Assembly: GCF_006345805.1 (NCBI RefSeq)
Contig: NC_042998.1
Coordinates: forward strand, 195,734,001 to 195,798,000
Length of the DNA: 64,000 bases
Direction of reading: 5' to 3'
Source of the DNA: Octopus sinensis
Taxonomy: Eukaryota
In this document: piece by piece, positions 25,690-38,802 of the stretch
Position numbering within the stretch: position 1 is the stretch's first letter
Layout of the letters: the number at the start of each line of letters is the position of its first letter
Notes under the pieces: model-generated
Databases searched by the model: none
The model's input: only the letters and a program-made list of their open reading frames with translations
What the model was told of the DNA's origin: nothing
Made by a program: the position numbers and the translations under genes

Positions 25690-26830
25690 GTATGTTTCTT
25701 TATTTTTCTCTGTTCCTGGATTTATGTACAAGGAGAAATCCAGTTGTGACCTCAGAAGAGCTTGGAAATACAAGTAAAAACCTATCAGCCATTGCTCTAA
25801 GATTTGGATATATATATCAAAAACATGTTCAAAATATTTACTACAGGGGTGGAGGAGGTTTACTACTCTTCTCCACACTTTAACATTCGGTTGTTTTGCT
25901 ATCTTTTCCTGGGGTTTGTTCTGCTTTCATCACCTTGAGGGTATTTTTAATTTCACAGACCACTTCTTCTAACATTTGTGACGGTGGAAGATGGAGCTTC
26001 AAAGATGATTTTAAAAGGTTGGTGTAGAAGGTTTTACATGTCTCTTGCAAAACCTTCTACGCCATTTCCAATACGCTCTCGTGATGATAGTCCGAGCATG
26101 GAATTTTTCTATGGCCCTTTGCGTCGTAGCTAATCGATATTCTATTCTCACCCTAGTAGCCCACGTCTCACCTGCATATAAGAGCGCAGGTATGACGGTG
26201 CTATTGAAGAGTCTGGCTAAAGCTTTGCTTTGAGCACATCCTGCCCTCATTCTTTGTCTGTCACTGTGAACCCGTGCTTCATCTGAAGCGCCGTCACCTC
26301 TAAACCCCAGCTCTTTCCTGCACCTTTTCATATTTTTCCTTTCCTCTGCAACCTCTATCAGCTTCTTCAATCTATAATTCTCGGAATCATTTTCTTCATG
26401 TTGTCTTAATCGCTTTGCAGTGAACAGAATACTCGAAGTGACCTGTCGTGTCCTTCATAGTTTCCGTTTCTCTCGCCCCCCCCTCCCTCGTCTCCTCCAA
26501 GCTCCTTCCATCAGGCTCACGCCGGCTTGCAGTCAGTTCCTGCCTTCCACGTGCAACTTCTAATTTTCTGCACCAGTGGATTGTAGTCTTCATCAAATAC
26601 TTCAGCATAACTACAAAGTTCCCTCAGGATAACATCCTACAATTTGCGTTACAACGAAGACCCCTAAGGCGTTGATTTTTTCATTTGAGATGTGCAGGGC
26701 CTCCATCTTTCTGATTTCGTGGATCAGGATCTTCACCTGTAACAAGCGATGATCACAGCATGTGTTGAACGGCTCTATCACCGATACGTCCTGCAATATG
26801 CGTGTTTGGGGGGCTATCCAGGTCCTTCTC
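25690..26830 (-). mobile_element. RTE-clade LINE remnant (EN end, RT start and RT end, internally deleted)
   Basis: CCDHRLLQVK; EIKNTLKVMKAEQTPGKD; LFNSTVIPALLYAGETWAT...TTQRAIEK; many stops. Confidence 0.75.
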
Positions 26831-26919
26831 TTTCCATCTTTTATGCATATATAATCAATTATAGTCTTTATTTATTAATATATGGATCTTTGCTTTACAA
26901 ACACTGCGTCATTCTTTTC

Positions 26920-27320
26920 CAAATTGCTTAACTAGATCGTCTTACCATCGGCTTGGTGCCTTTCCAAACGGTATTTTCCGATCTCTTAGAAACCACTTGG
27001 CAACTGCATGGGTTCCTCTGTTGTCTGTGAACTTTGCAACGAGTCCGGCCCAGCGGAACTTGTGCTTCTAGTATTCTGTAATCACGTCACTCACTCCATT
27101 CCCTTCTCAAATTATCTCATTTCAAATGTGCTCCCGTAATGTTATTCCTAGCTTGGATCTTTCTATGGCCTTTTGTGTCGTAACCAATTGATATTCTATC
27201 CTTATTGTAGTGGCCCATGTCTCACTTGCATATAACAGCGCAGATAGGACGGTGCTATTGAAGAATCTGGCTAGAGCTTTGCTTTGAGCACATCCAGCAC
27301 TCATTCTCTTTGAGATTTCA
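26920..27320 (-). mobile_element. RTE-clade LINE 3' remnant, same family
   Basis: FFNSTVLSALLYASETWATTIRIEYQLVTTQKAIERSKLGITLREHI followed by KFRWAGLVA. Confidence 0.8.
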
Positions 27321-27915
27321 TGAACATTTAATGCCATTATTCAAGCTTAGAAAAATATAATACGAATTCAATGACCCATTGTTGTGACTATGAGCTAAAT
27401 CATAAAACCTTAATACTACTATTGAGGATCGAGTTAAATATTTCAAATTATGGAACCAAAGATGGCCTAAAAATGGGCGTGAATGGTCATAGATTGATTC
27501 TAGGTTGGATAAAACACAAGGTCGATCACGCTGGTCTTAATACTCAGAAAATAAAGAGACGTAATTAAATAAGGCGAGCCATTTTCTCTGCTGCTCTAAG
27601 ACAACACCGTTCCACTCTAGAATTCCTGGGTAATCATTCAGACATTGTTAACTTTGTAGTGGAATCACTCTGTAGTCTCTGACAAACAATTAGTGAATGC
27701 AACAAAGAATGGTCACAGCTGCAACAAACTCTAAATCTTCTCAAAATAGATAGGAATGTACTTATACGTTTGTCTTTATATAGAATATATATATAAATAG
27801 ATGTGTGTGTGTGTGTGTATATATATATAGATATTATAGGTACATTTATTTGTGTATGTGTATGTGTATGCGTTTGTATTATTTATGAGAGATAGACAGA
27901 TAGATAAAAAGATAG

Positions 27916-27947
<32 letters not shown>

Positions 27948-28446
27948 TCTCTTTTACTTGTTCCAGTCATTAGATTGCGACCATTCCGCGAAACCCCTTC
28001 AAGAATTTTAGTCGAACGCCACTTTTTATCCTGTACGTTTTTTTTTTTCTTTTTTCTTTTGTAAGCCCGATACTTATTCTATTGGTGTCTTTTGGCGAAC
28101 CGCTAAGTGACACGCCAACACCGCGTGTCGAGCGACGGTGAGGGGAAAAGGCGGGCACTAAGACGCACGTTCAGGGGTATACATGCGACGCCGCTGCATA
28201 CACACTTTCGTACATACATGGATACATGCATACACACGCACGCAGGCACGCACATACACGCGCACACACACACATACACAGACTTGTACACACAATTAAG
28301 TAAAATGCATGAGCTCTAAGGAGGGAGCGGGGTAGATGGCTTTTCTGCAGTCCATCGCAAAGAAACACTCACACAGACACACACAGACGTCCATCCATCC
28401 ATCCATCCATCCATCCATCCATACATACATACATACATACATACAT

Positions 28447-28480
<34 letters not shown>

Positions 28481-28481
<1 letters not shown>

Positions 28482-28638
28482 CTCTTTTACTTGTTTCAGT
28501 CATTTTACTGCAGTCGAGCTTATTCTTCGTAAGCCTAGTACTTATTCTATCGGTCTCTTTTGCCGAACCGCTAAGTTACGGGGACGTAAACAAACCAGCA
28601 TCGGTTGTCAAGCGATGCTGGGGGGAAAAACAGACACA

Positions 28639-28692
<54 letters not shown>

Positions 28693-28850
28693 CATATATA
28701 CGACGGGCTTCTTTCAGTTTCCGTCTACCAAATCCACTCACAAGGCTTTGGTCGAATCGAGGCTATAGCAGAAGACACTTGCCCAAGGTGCCACACAGTG
28801 GGACTGAACCCAGAACCATGTGGTTGGTAAGCAAGCTACTTACCACTCAC
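28481..28850 (-). mobile_element. SINE family A (within a cluster of partial copies spanning about 27945-29900)
   Basis: Family A head, CORE-like centre and tail in reverse. Confidence 0.85.
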
Positions 28851-29254
28851 CCACATGTGTGTGTGTTTGTTTTTTTCCGCCACCGTTTGACAACCGGTGT
28901 TGGTGTGTTTACGCCCTCGTAGCTTAGCGGTTGCGCAAAAAAAAAAAAACGATGTAAGAAGTACCAGGCTTTAAGAAAAAGAAGTAATGGGATCAATCGA
29001 TTCGTTTGACTAAAACTTCTTCAGGCAGTGCCCCAGCATGGCCGCGGCCAAATGACTGAAACAAGTAAAAGATGGAAAATGAAATCTTATGACCCCCCCC
29101 CTCAATGCGCTGCTCCGGTTTTCTGTTCGTCACGGGTGGAAGTCGTGCATTTTCTTCTCTCTTTTCCATCCTGGCATAAAACGTCTCTGTCATTTAGCTT
29201 TTATCATGCTTGCTTCACTCATTGGACTGCGGCCATACTGGGGCATTGCCGTGA

Positions 29255-29552
29255 AGTTTGTTTATTCCTTCTCATGCCATGCCTGGCTCATAAAGGCCGG
29301 TTTCCCGGTTTCCTTGGCGTATAGGTTCTCCACCTGGACTGGACGCCGGTCCGTCGCAGGTGGGCTGCAAGATGCAGGAGGAAAGAGTGAGAGAAAGTTG
29401 TGGCGAAAAAATCAGCAGAAGTTCGCCATTACCTTCTGGCGGAGCCGCGTGGAGTTAAATTGTTTTCGCTCATAAACACACACATCGCCCGGTCTGAGAT
29501 TCGAACCCTCGACCGCGAGTCCGCTGCTCTAACTACTAGGCCATGTGTCTCC
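29255..29552 (-). mobile_element. SINE family E, full length, V-domain-like centre
   Basis: tRNA head, then CCTGCGACGGACCGGCGTCCAGTCCAGG (recalled V-SINE domain), tail GAGCCAGGCATGGC...AACAAAC. Confidence 0.7.
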
Positions 29553-29930
29553 CATTGACGTGAAGTGGTTTTCGTTGAACAAATCGAACCCGCTACTCAT
29601 GTTTTTTTTTTAAAGCCTGTCACTTAGTCTATCGGTCTCTTTCGCCGAACCGCTAAGTTACAGGGATGCAAAGAAACCAGCACCGGTTGCGAAGCGTGGT
29701 GGAGAACAAACGCAAACACAAAAACACGCGCATATATACAACGGACTTCCAAACAATTATTTCTGCTTACCAAATTCCTTCATAGAGCACTGTCGGCCTG
29801 AGGTATTAGCAGAAGACACTTGTCCGATGTGCCGCGTGGTGAAACTGAACCTGAAACCATGCAGTTGCAAAGCGAGCTTCTTAACCACACAGCCACACCT
29901 AGGGCAGACAATCCTTCGATTAAACCAAAG

Positions 29931-30150
29931 GCGAGCTGGCAGAAACGTTAGCACGCCGGGCGAAATGCTTAGCGGGATTTCGTCTGCCGCTACGTTCTGA
30001 GTTCAAATTCCGCCGAGGTCGACTTTGCCTTTCATCCTTTCGGGGTCAATAAATTAAGTACCAGTTACGCACTGGGGTCGATGTAATTGACTTAATCCCT
30101 TTGTCTGTCCTTGTTTGTCTCCTCTATGTTTAGCTCCTTGTGGGTAGTAA
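29931..30150 (+). mobile_element. SINE family B monomer
   Basis: Complete head plus one monomer. Confidence 0.85.
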
Positions 30151-31161
30151 AGATAAGATTAAACCAAAGAATTGACATTCCCTTCAGTTTTCAAATTGCT
30201 AATGCTCCTTCACAAATGTCACAACTCTTGACAGAGCCGTTCAAGAATTTGGACCTGGAGATTTCCATTTCCAGCGACTTCAAGGGCCACCTCCTAGTGG
30301 TGTTGGGCGTCAACGAAGAGCCCTCGACTACAACAAGACGACCAAAGTTTTTTTTCCCACGGTTTGGGGTCTCCCGCCCCTAAGCCCTAGACCATCACCT
30401 AATCATCCTTACCCGTCATGTTGCTTAACAACAGCAACTCCTGACAGAAGCGTCACCGTTCTTTCGGTGACGGGTTGGAATTTGAACTCAGAATGCATAG
30501 AACCGAAAGCTACTGAAAAGCATCTTCTCTAACCTTCTAACAATTCCGTCAAGTCCCGCTCTGGTCCGGTTCTTTCTTTTTCATCGACCCCTAAAGGATG
30601 AAAGATATAATTGACCTCGACGGATTTGAACTGAATACGGTACCATGCCATCTCTTCTTTTTAACTGCCGAATACTTTCCCGATTATTCTGACCGTGCCA
30701 AGGCGGCAAACCTTTTGTAACAATTCTACTGGGCACTGAAAGGTAAACGATAAAACATAAACTATATACATATTCCAATTCCCCTTATATTCCCAAGGAC
30801 CCAACAATAATTGGATTTTATCTCAACCCTTCTTCATTTTCCATAGCCGGGCTATTTCGTATTTAAAAAGGATTGTATGTGTTTATTTTTTGGCCTTCCC
30901 TCTTGACTATTCGAGGCTGAAAGGGAAGCGAAACCTCAACTACAAAGCACATGTGGTAGAGCTTGTCCACTACCACCACCACCACTAGGTCCGGTTTGTT
31001 ATGCTCTAGCATCTAATCTGTTTATATTGGGAAATCTCACAGGATTTTGCAGGTCTCTAACCCCGCCACTCTCTGCAGGTTTGTACTCATATCACATCTT
31101 GCCTCTCTCTAGATCCCACTTTTCGCATTTTCCAGTATCATCATCATCATCATCATCATCA

Positions 31162-31205
<44 letters not shown>

Positions 31206-31209
31206 TGAT

Positions 31210-32600
31210 GAAAACTCAGCCTATTTTGCTGGGTATGATGGAAAAGACCAGCTGTCTACAGCCAGCAGACTAAGGTGACACTTGTTTACTGGTCATGCTT
31301 CAAGAACCCTGCGAAGAATTCTTGCAGTTTCAAGCAATGCTGGTTCTTGTAGGTGTTCTTCCTTTACATTTGTACCAATCTTTTTGAGCCATGTTGGTAC
31401 TTCCAAATGTACCAATTACTATTGGTATCACGTCTACTCTCCTCACTGACCACAACCTTCGTATTTCCCACTTCAAATTGTCGTAGGTGTTCAGTTTTTC
31501 GTCTTCTCTTTCTTTGATCCTGTTGTCACCTGTTGTCACCTGTTGTCATGCTGTGTTGACAGTAGGGACAACCTTTATGTTCGGCTCACGTAGCTGTCAC
31601 ATCTTGGCAATCTCAATTCTCAAATATCCAAAACAATTTTCGGTTTCCGATGTCTGGTCAGGTGATCACACTGAATCATTGCATCCCACAAGCTTTTGCA
31701 ATTTTTAATTCTCGGTGACTCCTTCTAGAGTTTTCTCATACCACGTCTCTGCTCTTCGAAAGCCGTGATTTCCACAGAGCTCCCAATGGATCATTCTTAC
31801 CACGTTGTCATGTTGTTTTTTGTATTCACGTTGTGCCAATTCCGGGCATTCGCTGACGATGTGCCATACCGTTTCACCCCTCTCACCACACATTCTGCAT
31901 TTGTCGCTGTCGGTAGTGTTGTCGACTTTGCACTTAACATAGTTAGTCCCTAATGCTTGTTCTTGAGCTGCGCATATAAGTGCTTCTGTCTCTATCTTCA
32001 GGTCACTCCTCCTCATCCACAGCCACCGGTCCTCTGTATCTGTCTTGGCGTTCGTATCTCTTGCAAACTGAGCGTACATCTTTTTTCCCTTCCATGCTTT
32101 TTTTGTGTCTCTGTGTTCTTTTCCTCTTTAAGTTTTTCTTTCCTTACCCAATTCTCAGTTTTAATGACACCCGCCTTCTTCACATGTTTCAACAATGGTT
32201 CCACGACATTTTCCCCTGATTCGATACAATCCAGACAACTCATCAGACCTTTCCCACCCTTTCCTCTGGACAAGTACAACCTATCGGTGTCACGCTTAGA
32301 GTGAAAGGCTCCGTACACTGTCAACATTTTTCTTGGTTTCGTATCCAAGTTCATCAGTTCTTTCTTTTGCCATTTTATGATTCCAGCTCCATACCGAAGT
32401 GATGCCATCGCTCATGTATTAACTACTTGGATTTTATTCCATCCGGTTAATTTTCAGTGCAACACCAAACTTAGTCTTCGGAAATATTCCATCTTCAGCT
32501 GTTCTTTCATTTCCTTCTCCATTATCTTGTTGAACTCAAGTATGCCAAGGCATCTATAGCCTTCCGTTTCAATTTGTTTAATCAGTTCTCTTTAAAGTGG
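31210..32600 (-). mobile_element. R4/Dong-type non-LTR retrotransposon 3' part
   Basis: ORFs 32013-32408 (LRYGAGIIKW, RLYLSRGKGGKGL), 31705-32079 (LKIETEALICAAQEQAL, CRMC..ETVWHIVSEC, HDNV), 31330-31539 (VIPIVIG); 3' end abuts (TAA)n/(TGA)n at about 31137-31205. Confidence 0.9.
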
Positions 32601-32609
32601 TAGAATGTC

Positions 32610-32965
32610 CCCTTGATGATGTTAACCCCACATGTTTTTGTGTCCACCGGGGTTTGTAATGTCTGTCAAGTCACAACAAGGACCTCAGACAGACTGTACT
32701 TTATGGTATATGCGTGCAATTCCAAGTAATGCCGGCTTTTGCAATACACCTAGATTGTAGGGTATTCCTAAAGTTTCCAGATGTTTCATCAGGTTCGGTG
32801 GTATTGAGCCCCATGCTCCGATGACAATAGGGACGACCTTCGTGTTCGGCTCACGTAGCTGTCACATCTTGGCAAGCTCAATTCTCAGGTCCCCATATTT
32901 ATCAATCTCTTCTCTTTGTTTCATGTTAATATGTTGATCTCCTGGCACTGCCACGTCGATTATCA
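32610..32965 (-). mobile_element. R4/Dong-type 3' fragment, further subfamily
   Basis: IIDVAVPGDQHINMKQREKIDKYGDLRIELAKM...VVPIVIGAWG. Confidence 0.75.
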
Positions 32966-32967
32966 AG

Positions 32968-33460
32968 GATGAAAGGCAAAGTCGACCTCGGCGGAATTTG
33001 AACTCAGAACGTAGCGGCAGACGAAATACCTATTTCTTTACTACCCACAAGGGGCTAAACATAGAGGGGAGAAACAAGGACAGATAAAGGTATTAAGTCG
33101 ATTACATCGACCCCAGTGCGTAACTGGTACTTAATTTATCGTCCCCGAAAGGATGAAAGGCAAAGTCGACCTCGGATGGAATTTGAACTCACAACGTGGC
33201 GACAGGCGAAATACCTATTTCTTTACTTCCCACAAGAGGCTAAACACAGAGAGAACAAACAAGGACAGACAGACAGACAGACAAACTGATTAAGTCGATT
33301 ATATCGACCCCAGTGCGTAACTGGTACTTATTTAATCGACCCTGAAAGGATGAAAGGCAAAGTCGACCTCGGATGGAATTTGAACTCACAACGTGGCGAC
33401 AGGCGAAATACCGCTAAGCATTTCGCCCGGTGTGCTAACGTTTCTGCCAGCTCGCCACCT
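32968..33460 (-). mobile_element. SINE family B trimer
   Basis: Three reverse monomers ending in head GCCAGCTCGCC. Confidence 0.85.
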
Positions 33461-33499
33461 TACGTGCATAACAATTTTAATGTCAGAATCGCTAATTGA

Positions 33500-33960
33500 A
33501 ATTAAACCGAATTCCAAAGCTTTTTTCAAAAAGGGATTTACTTGTATACAGATAGAATTCAATCGTATCGAACCACATAAATTTCTGTCGTGATCCGCTT
33601 AATAACAGAATATTTTTATTAGCTCTACCCACCTTACCGTTTCTCCGGTTTCATCAATTCACATATTGCGTTGGCAAAGAATATCCTTTACGATCTGCGA
33701 AGTAATGTGTCGCGTAACTCAAACATTTCTATTCTATCGTTCATTTTTAGGCCAGTAGCTATTTCTTTTGCTTCTAAATAATTAGCATGGTAAGTAGTAA
33801 AGTTGGAATTGGTGACGTTCTTGGATATGTGCCTATGGTATGTACGAATATCAATTCCATAATTTTTCTTTTTAATTTGTCTGCAGAAGTGTTTAAATGT
33901 TCTTAAATCAGTGTGCAATATGTCTCGCAAAGATGTGACTCAAAAAGATTCCAGAGTTTT
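33500..33960 (-). mobile_element. Penelope-like element reverse transcriptase remnant
   Basis: ADK..YGIDIRTYHRHISKNVT, KEIATGLKMNDRIE, ICELMKPEK (cf. CRLINPAK) and FMWFDTIEFY (cf. FDIVEFYPSI); stops and frameshifts. Confidence 0.65.
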
Positions 33961-35214
33961 GTTCTGGTGTGGTATTTATGACATTATGCCTCACAAAATT
34001 TATCTCTTCTAATTTCACTAAATTTGATATCTGCTTTTTCAATGAGCCATGTCTATCTAAAGTTTTAATTCATCGAGCCAAAATTTCTCAAGCAAGCAAC
34101 AGTGAAATAACGTATTCTGGAAGGCTAACTGAAAATCCTTTTAAAAAAGATTCTTATATCATTTGCATGCATTCAGACACTCAGAAGGATGTCTCACCAG
34201 CTCATTATCTATACATCTTGCTGGAAAAGATATCTGTATAACTGTAAGCTGTCTCAAAATATCTGCAGGATAATCACCTTGCTTATCGAGTATGGTATCC
34301 TGATAGTCATCACATACAATGGAAGAAACATTACACAGACGAAATGACCAATGATGGAATACAAATAGAATGGGAAAGCAAATAAAGAATAGTAATGGAA
34401 TATTCGAATTTAAATAAAAAAAACATGTATCTGATGTAAAAACCACAACTTTTAAAAGACAATGGGAAAGCCCACACATGGTCACTCATCATGTTAGAAA
34501 TGGCTACAAAATCGTCCTTAAATGATACCCTATATCATCTAAAAATAATAGGGGCACATAAGATATAATCCTAGATACACACGACTTGGGGAAAATGCAG
34601 AATGATCATGCTGGCCTATCTCCGATTGCACCTGGCAACAACATTTCTTTACATACCTGAGACTTGTCTTTGATTAATTTGGGGATGTAGAACCCAACCA
34701 TCACATCAATGGTTTTTTTCCTATCACGTCAATCTTTTTTTCTATAACATACACTCATCTTTCATAATCTCCGTAAAAATAAATATACCGGGCAACAATG
34801 GCACCAGCCAGCACACATTCTGGTATCTTAAGAGTCAGATCTGAGTATATATCACTAGGTATATACGAGGCATTGAATCAAAACATAACTGGTGTAATTT
34901 CATCATCCACAGTCTGATATGATATTTCGGAATAAAATTCCTTCTTCAGATATCCCTAAGATATCAATTCCTTGGATATCTGAAGAAGGAATTATTATAT
35001 TCATTGTTTGTATTATAGTGCAGTGTTGCGCCATTCAAAATATTTTCTTCTTTATATATGTGTATGTGTGTGTGTATGTGTGTGTGTGTGTACACAGACA
35101 CACACACGCACATGCACGCACACACACACACACACACACATTCTAAAAGTGACATTTTACCCCGTTTTTCTATTCTAGTACCCTGGGGGTTGTGTATTTC
35201 AGCTATTTTGTCTT

Positions 35215-35895
35215 TGAAAGTCAAAAAGGGAATAAAGCGAGACACATTTTCATCATTTGATGCTCTTTTATTTCCGGAAAGGAAGAAACGCCGTAAAAAA
35301 ACATCTGAAAAAGGGTCCGTGCAGTTTATGGAGATGGTGCCATCGCTGAGAGAACTGTTTGTCAAACGGTTAGCTAGGTTTAGGAATGAAGTTTTATTTG
35401 AAAGACCGTGAACGTTCCGGCAGTCCTACAGGCGTAGATGGTCACCAAACTGAAAACCTAATCAAAAATAATCTAGGTCCTATGTCCTGAGACATCGCAA
35501 AGACACTCCACGTTTCTTATACGAGCGTTATAAGGCTTTGGCTAAATGAATCGCTTACGATGTTTGCCTGTCTCAAACTTTGACCGAAAAAAAATTTAAT
35601 GGACCGCATTTTCATCTGTGGTTCTCTACAACAAAACATTCTATTTTTCTTTTTCTTTTTCTTTTCTCTTTTTCTTTTTCTTTTCTCTTTTTCTTTTTTA
35701 GAAGAACGATCACGTGATGAAAAATGAATTGTTTGCAACTACGTGGAACGAAAGGGCTTCTAGAGGAAACGAAATGAACTGCCTTCAATCACTTCAAAAG
35801 TTGGTCATTATCTGAAGAAGGTGGTGCTCTGGGATATGAAGGACATTGTGCGTTCCGAGCTCCTTCTGTAAAAGCAGACGTTGAATTCAGACATT
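35215..35895 (+). mobile_element. Mariner transposase pseudogene (HTH domains and start of DDD domain)
   Basis: HHLMLFYFRKG, VYGDGAIAERT, RLARFRN, DRERSGSPT, KNLMDRIFIC, TRDEK*IV (TGDEKW), KVVLWDMKDIV.SELL; multiple frameshifts. Confidence 0.85.
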
Positions 35896-36208
35896 TATTA
35901 TAGTTCCTAATTATTCCGATTAAAGAAGGCAATCAGTGGAAACGTCCAGAATTGGAAAATCGGAAGGGTGTCATCTTCCTTGAGCACAACGCTGAGCCTC
36001 ATGTTTGGTTAGGGTGTTGGACTCATGATCGTAAGGTTCTGGTTTCGACTCCCAAACCTGGGGATACGTTGTGTTCTGAAGCAAAACACTTCATTTCACG
36101 TTGCTTTAATTTACTCAGTGTTACTAGGCGCAGGAGTGGCTGTGTGGTAAGTAGCTTGCTTACCAACCACATGATTCTGGGTTCAGTCCCACTGCGTGGC
36201 ACCTTGGA

Positions 36209-36695
36209 TCTTCAGCCACGTCAAGAAGGGCCTGGCCGAACCCGGAAGATGATGTATAAATTGATGCGGGCCAGTCGATCGTGGGAGCGTTGAAGTCTCC
36301 TAATATCAAACAGTCATGAGAAGCTGAAACGAATCTTATCGCTTCTAGTAAATGACCATCGTCCTGGGGGTCGGCAAGAGGCGGCCTGTAGACAGCTAAC
36401 ACGGGCAGGCAAAACCCGGATAGGCTCAGCTTGCAATAGACGGCATCGAATTTTGTTGTAGGTTGAGCATTAGTGGGTAGAATACCGCTGGACTGTTTGA
36501 GATCAGATTTAACATACACAGCAACACCTCCACCTCGCCTTTTTTCTCTGTCACATCTGAAGACGGCATAGCTCTGTAGGTGGATTTCCGAGTCCTTTAC
36601 GGCTGGAGTCAGCCAAGTCTCGGTGATAGCTATCACATCTGGGGAATTACGCATGGCCAGTGTAAATAATTCGCTGAACTTTGGAAATAAGGAAA
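36209..36695 (-). mobile_element. CR1/L2-type LINE apurinic endonuclease fragment, frame still open
   Basis: LFPKFSELFTLA..SPDVIAITETWL, YAVFRCDREKRRGGGVAVYV, VYRPP, LILGDFNAPTIDW. Confidence 0.9.
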
Positions 36696-36917
36696 TACCT
36701 AAATATTTTTTTACGAGGTTTTTCTTTCAATATCTGGACAGTTTGTCTTCATCTCTCTAACAGTGCTTACACATACGTCCCACTCTATCATTGCTCTGCC
36801 TTTTGAAGTGACGTCTGTGCGAGTGTGTGTGTGTGTGTGTGTGGTGTGTGTGTGTGTGTGTGGTGTGTGTGTTGTGTGTGTGTGTGTGTGTGTGAGTGTG
36901 GTGTGTATGAGAGAGAA

Positions 36918-37320
36918 GGCGGTGAGCTGGCAGAATCGTTAGCACGCCGGGCGAAATGCTTATCAGTATTTCGTCTGCCGTTACGTTCTGAGTTCAAATT
37001 CCGCCGAGGTCGACTTTGCCTTTCATCCTTTCGGGGTCGATAAATTAAGTACCAGTTGCTTACTGGGGTCGATGTAATCGACTTAATCGTTTGTCTATCC
37101 TTGTTTGTCCCCTCTGTGTTTAGCCCCTTGTGGGTAGTAAAGAAATAGGTATTTCGTCTGCCGCTACGTTCTGAGTTCAAATTCCGCCGAGGTCGACTTT
37201 GCCTTTCATCCTTTCGGGGTCGATAAATTAAGCACCAGTTACACACTGGGGTCGATGTAATCAACTTAATCCGTCTGTCTCTCTATGTTTAGCCCCTTGT
37301 GGGTAGTAAAGAAATAGGTG
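36918..37320 (+). mobile_element. SINE family B dimer
   Basis: Head plus two monomers. Confidence 0.85.
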
Positions 37321-37344
37321 TGTATGAGAGAGAGAGAGACAGTA

Positions 37345-37379
<35 letters not shown>

Positions 37380-37734
37380 GGGGGAGTTGTATCAAATGTC
37401 CTCTGTGCATCGGTCCTAGCAAGCCAACTTGTGCCTATTGATGTTTTTACTCAGACAGCATATCGTAATAATATGGCTTCTTCTTTATGATTTCCACATC
37501 GCCTGCAGTCATTTGAAAACAGTTTCAAACGAGACAACGAGGGAGCCCCTACGCCACATCTCGATCTACTAGAAATAGCTGCCAAATCCCCCTGAAACCT
37601 CACCTATCACATGGTTAATGTGGTCCTAAATACACTGGTTTTGATCATACGCTCGATTAGGGCAGACCCAGGACTAAACAGCAACAACGACAGGGTCAGA
37701 AAATATTTCAACCTCCTCTATATGGGAAATTACC

Positions 37735-37997
37735 ACCCGTATCATCTCTTGTGAAAGGTAGGAGAGTCTAATTTGCTGGACATTGTTGTAGAGCTGAAAA
37801 CGAGGTAATTTCTACTCTTCTCCTCTGGAAGCCATCTGCTCGCGATACCAGAGGGCGCACACTCTCCTACCCTGATGTAATCTCCAAGGATACAGGCATC
37901 CAGCAACCGGACCTCCGTAATGCTATGATGGACCGTGAAGTCTGGCGTAACATAGTAAGTTCCATTGTCTCGACCACGGTCGAACAATGATGATGAA
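37735..37997 (+). mobile_element. RTE-clade LINE 3' end
   Basis: FAGHCCRAENEVISTLLLWKP...RGRTLSYPDVISKDTG...AMMDREVWRNIV, then (TGA)n tail. Confidence 0.8.
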
Positions 37998-38546
37998 TAT
38001 GGGATACATCGTGCAGGCCTGGCATGTTGCTATTGTTACACTCCCTGGCACCCGGGTCGCATTCAGTAAGGGTCCATTCGAATGATAGACTCTCAGACGA
38101 ATTGGTAGAACCGTTAGGGCGGCGCATAAAATGTTTTGCAGTATTTGTTCCAGCGCTCTGCGCTCTGAGTTCAAATCACCCCAAGGTCAGTTTTGTATTT
38201 TATCATTTCGGGGTCGACAATTAATACACCAAACCAGGGTAGTGGGTTGACGGAACTATAAGTGCGTCGACCAAAATGCCTTTTGGTATCTGTTCCGGTT
38301 CCTTCCGTTCCAATGACAAAGTCTGCGATGAGACTAGTGCCAAGCTGTACTGGACAACGGCGTAGCGAGAGAGTGTGCCGCTCGGGAGGGTCCTTGCGTT
38401 TTTCCACCCTCCCTCGGGAACCAAGCCTATACAGAGCTATACAGTGCACCCACAAGTGCCGCCCCATATAAGTGTCTCCTGGCACCTACTTTTACCGTTT
38501 CCTTCAATAACATTGGCGATAATATTAGAAGGGAGAGCCATACAAG

Positions 38547-38660
38547 CACTAGCGTGGATAGGGGGGCAGTAGGGGCGCTTCGCCCCGGGCGGCACTTGGG
38601 ATCCGGGGGAGGCAAACGGAAGGGCCGCCCCGGGCGGCACACACTCTAGCTATGCCAGTG
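38547..38660. mobile_element. hAT-type MITE
   Basis: Perfect 8-bp TSD CATACAAG (38539-38546 and 38661-38668); imperfect TIRs CACTAGCGTGGATAG / CTAGCTATGCCAGTG. Confidence 0.85.
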
Positions 38661-38802
38661 CATACAAGCATAGACAACTGCTGGTCTCTCATAAAAAGAA
38701 GAAAAAAGAACTTCGTCCTACTTCAGGCTCAGATCCAGGCCCTCCCGAGACATACGTGGGGACGGCCCCAGATATGAAAACCCTGTTTTTCATAACCTAT
38801 TG

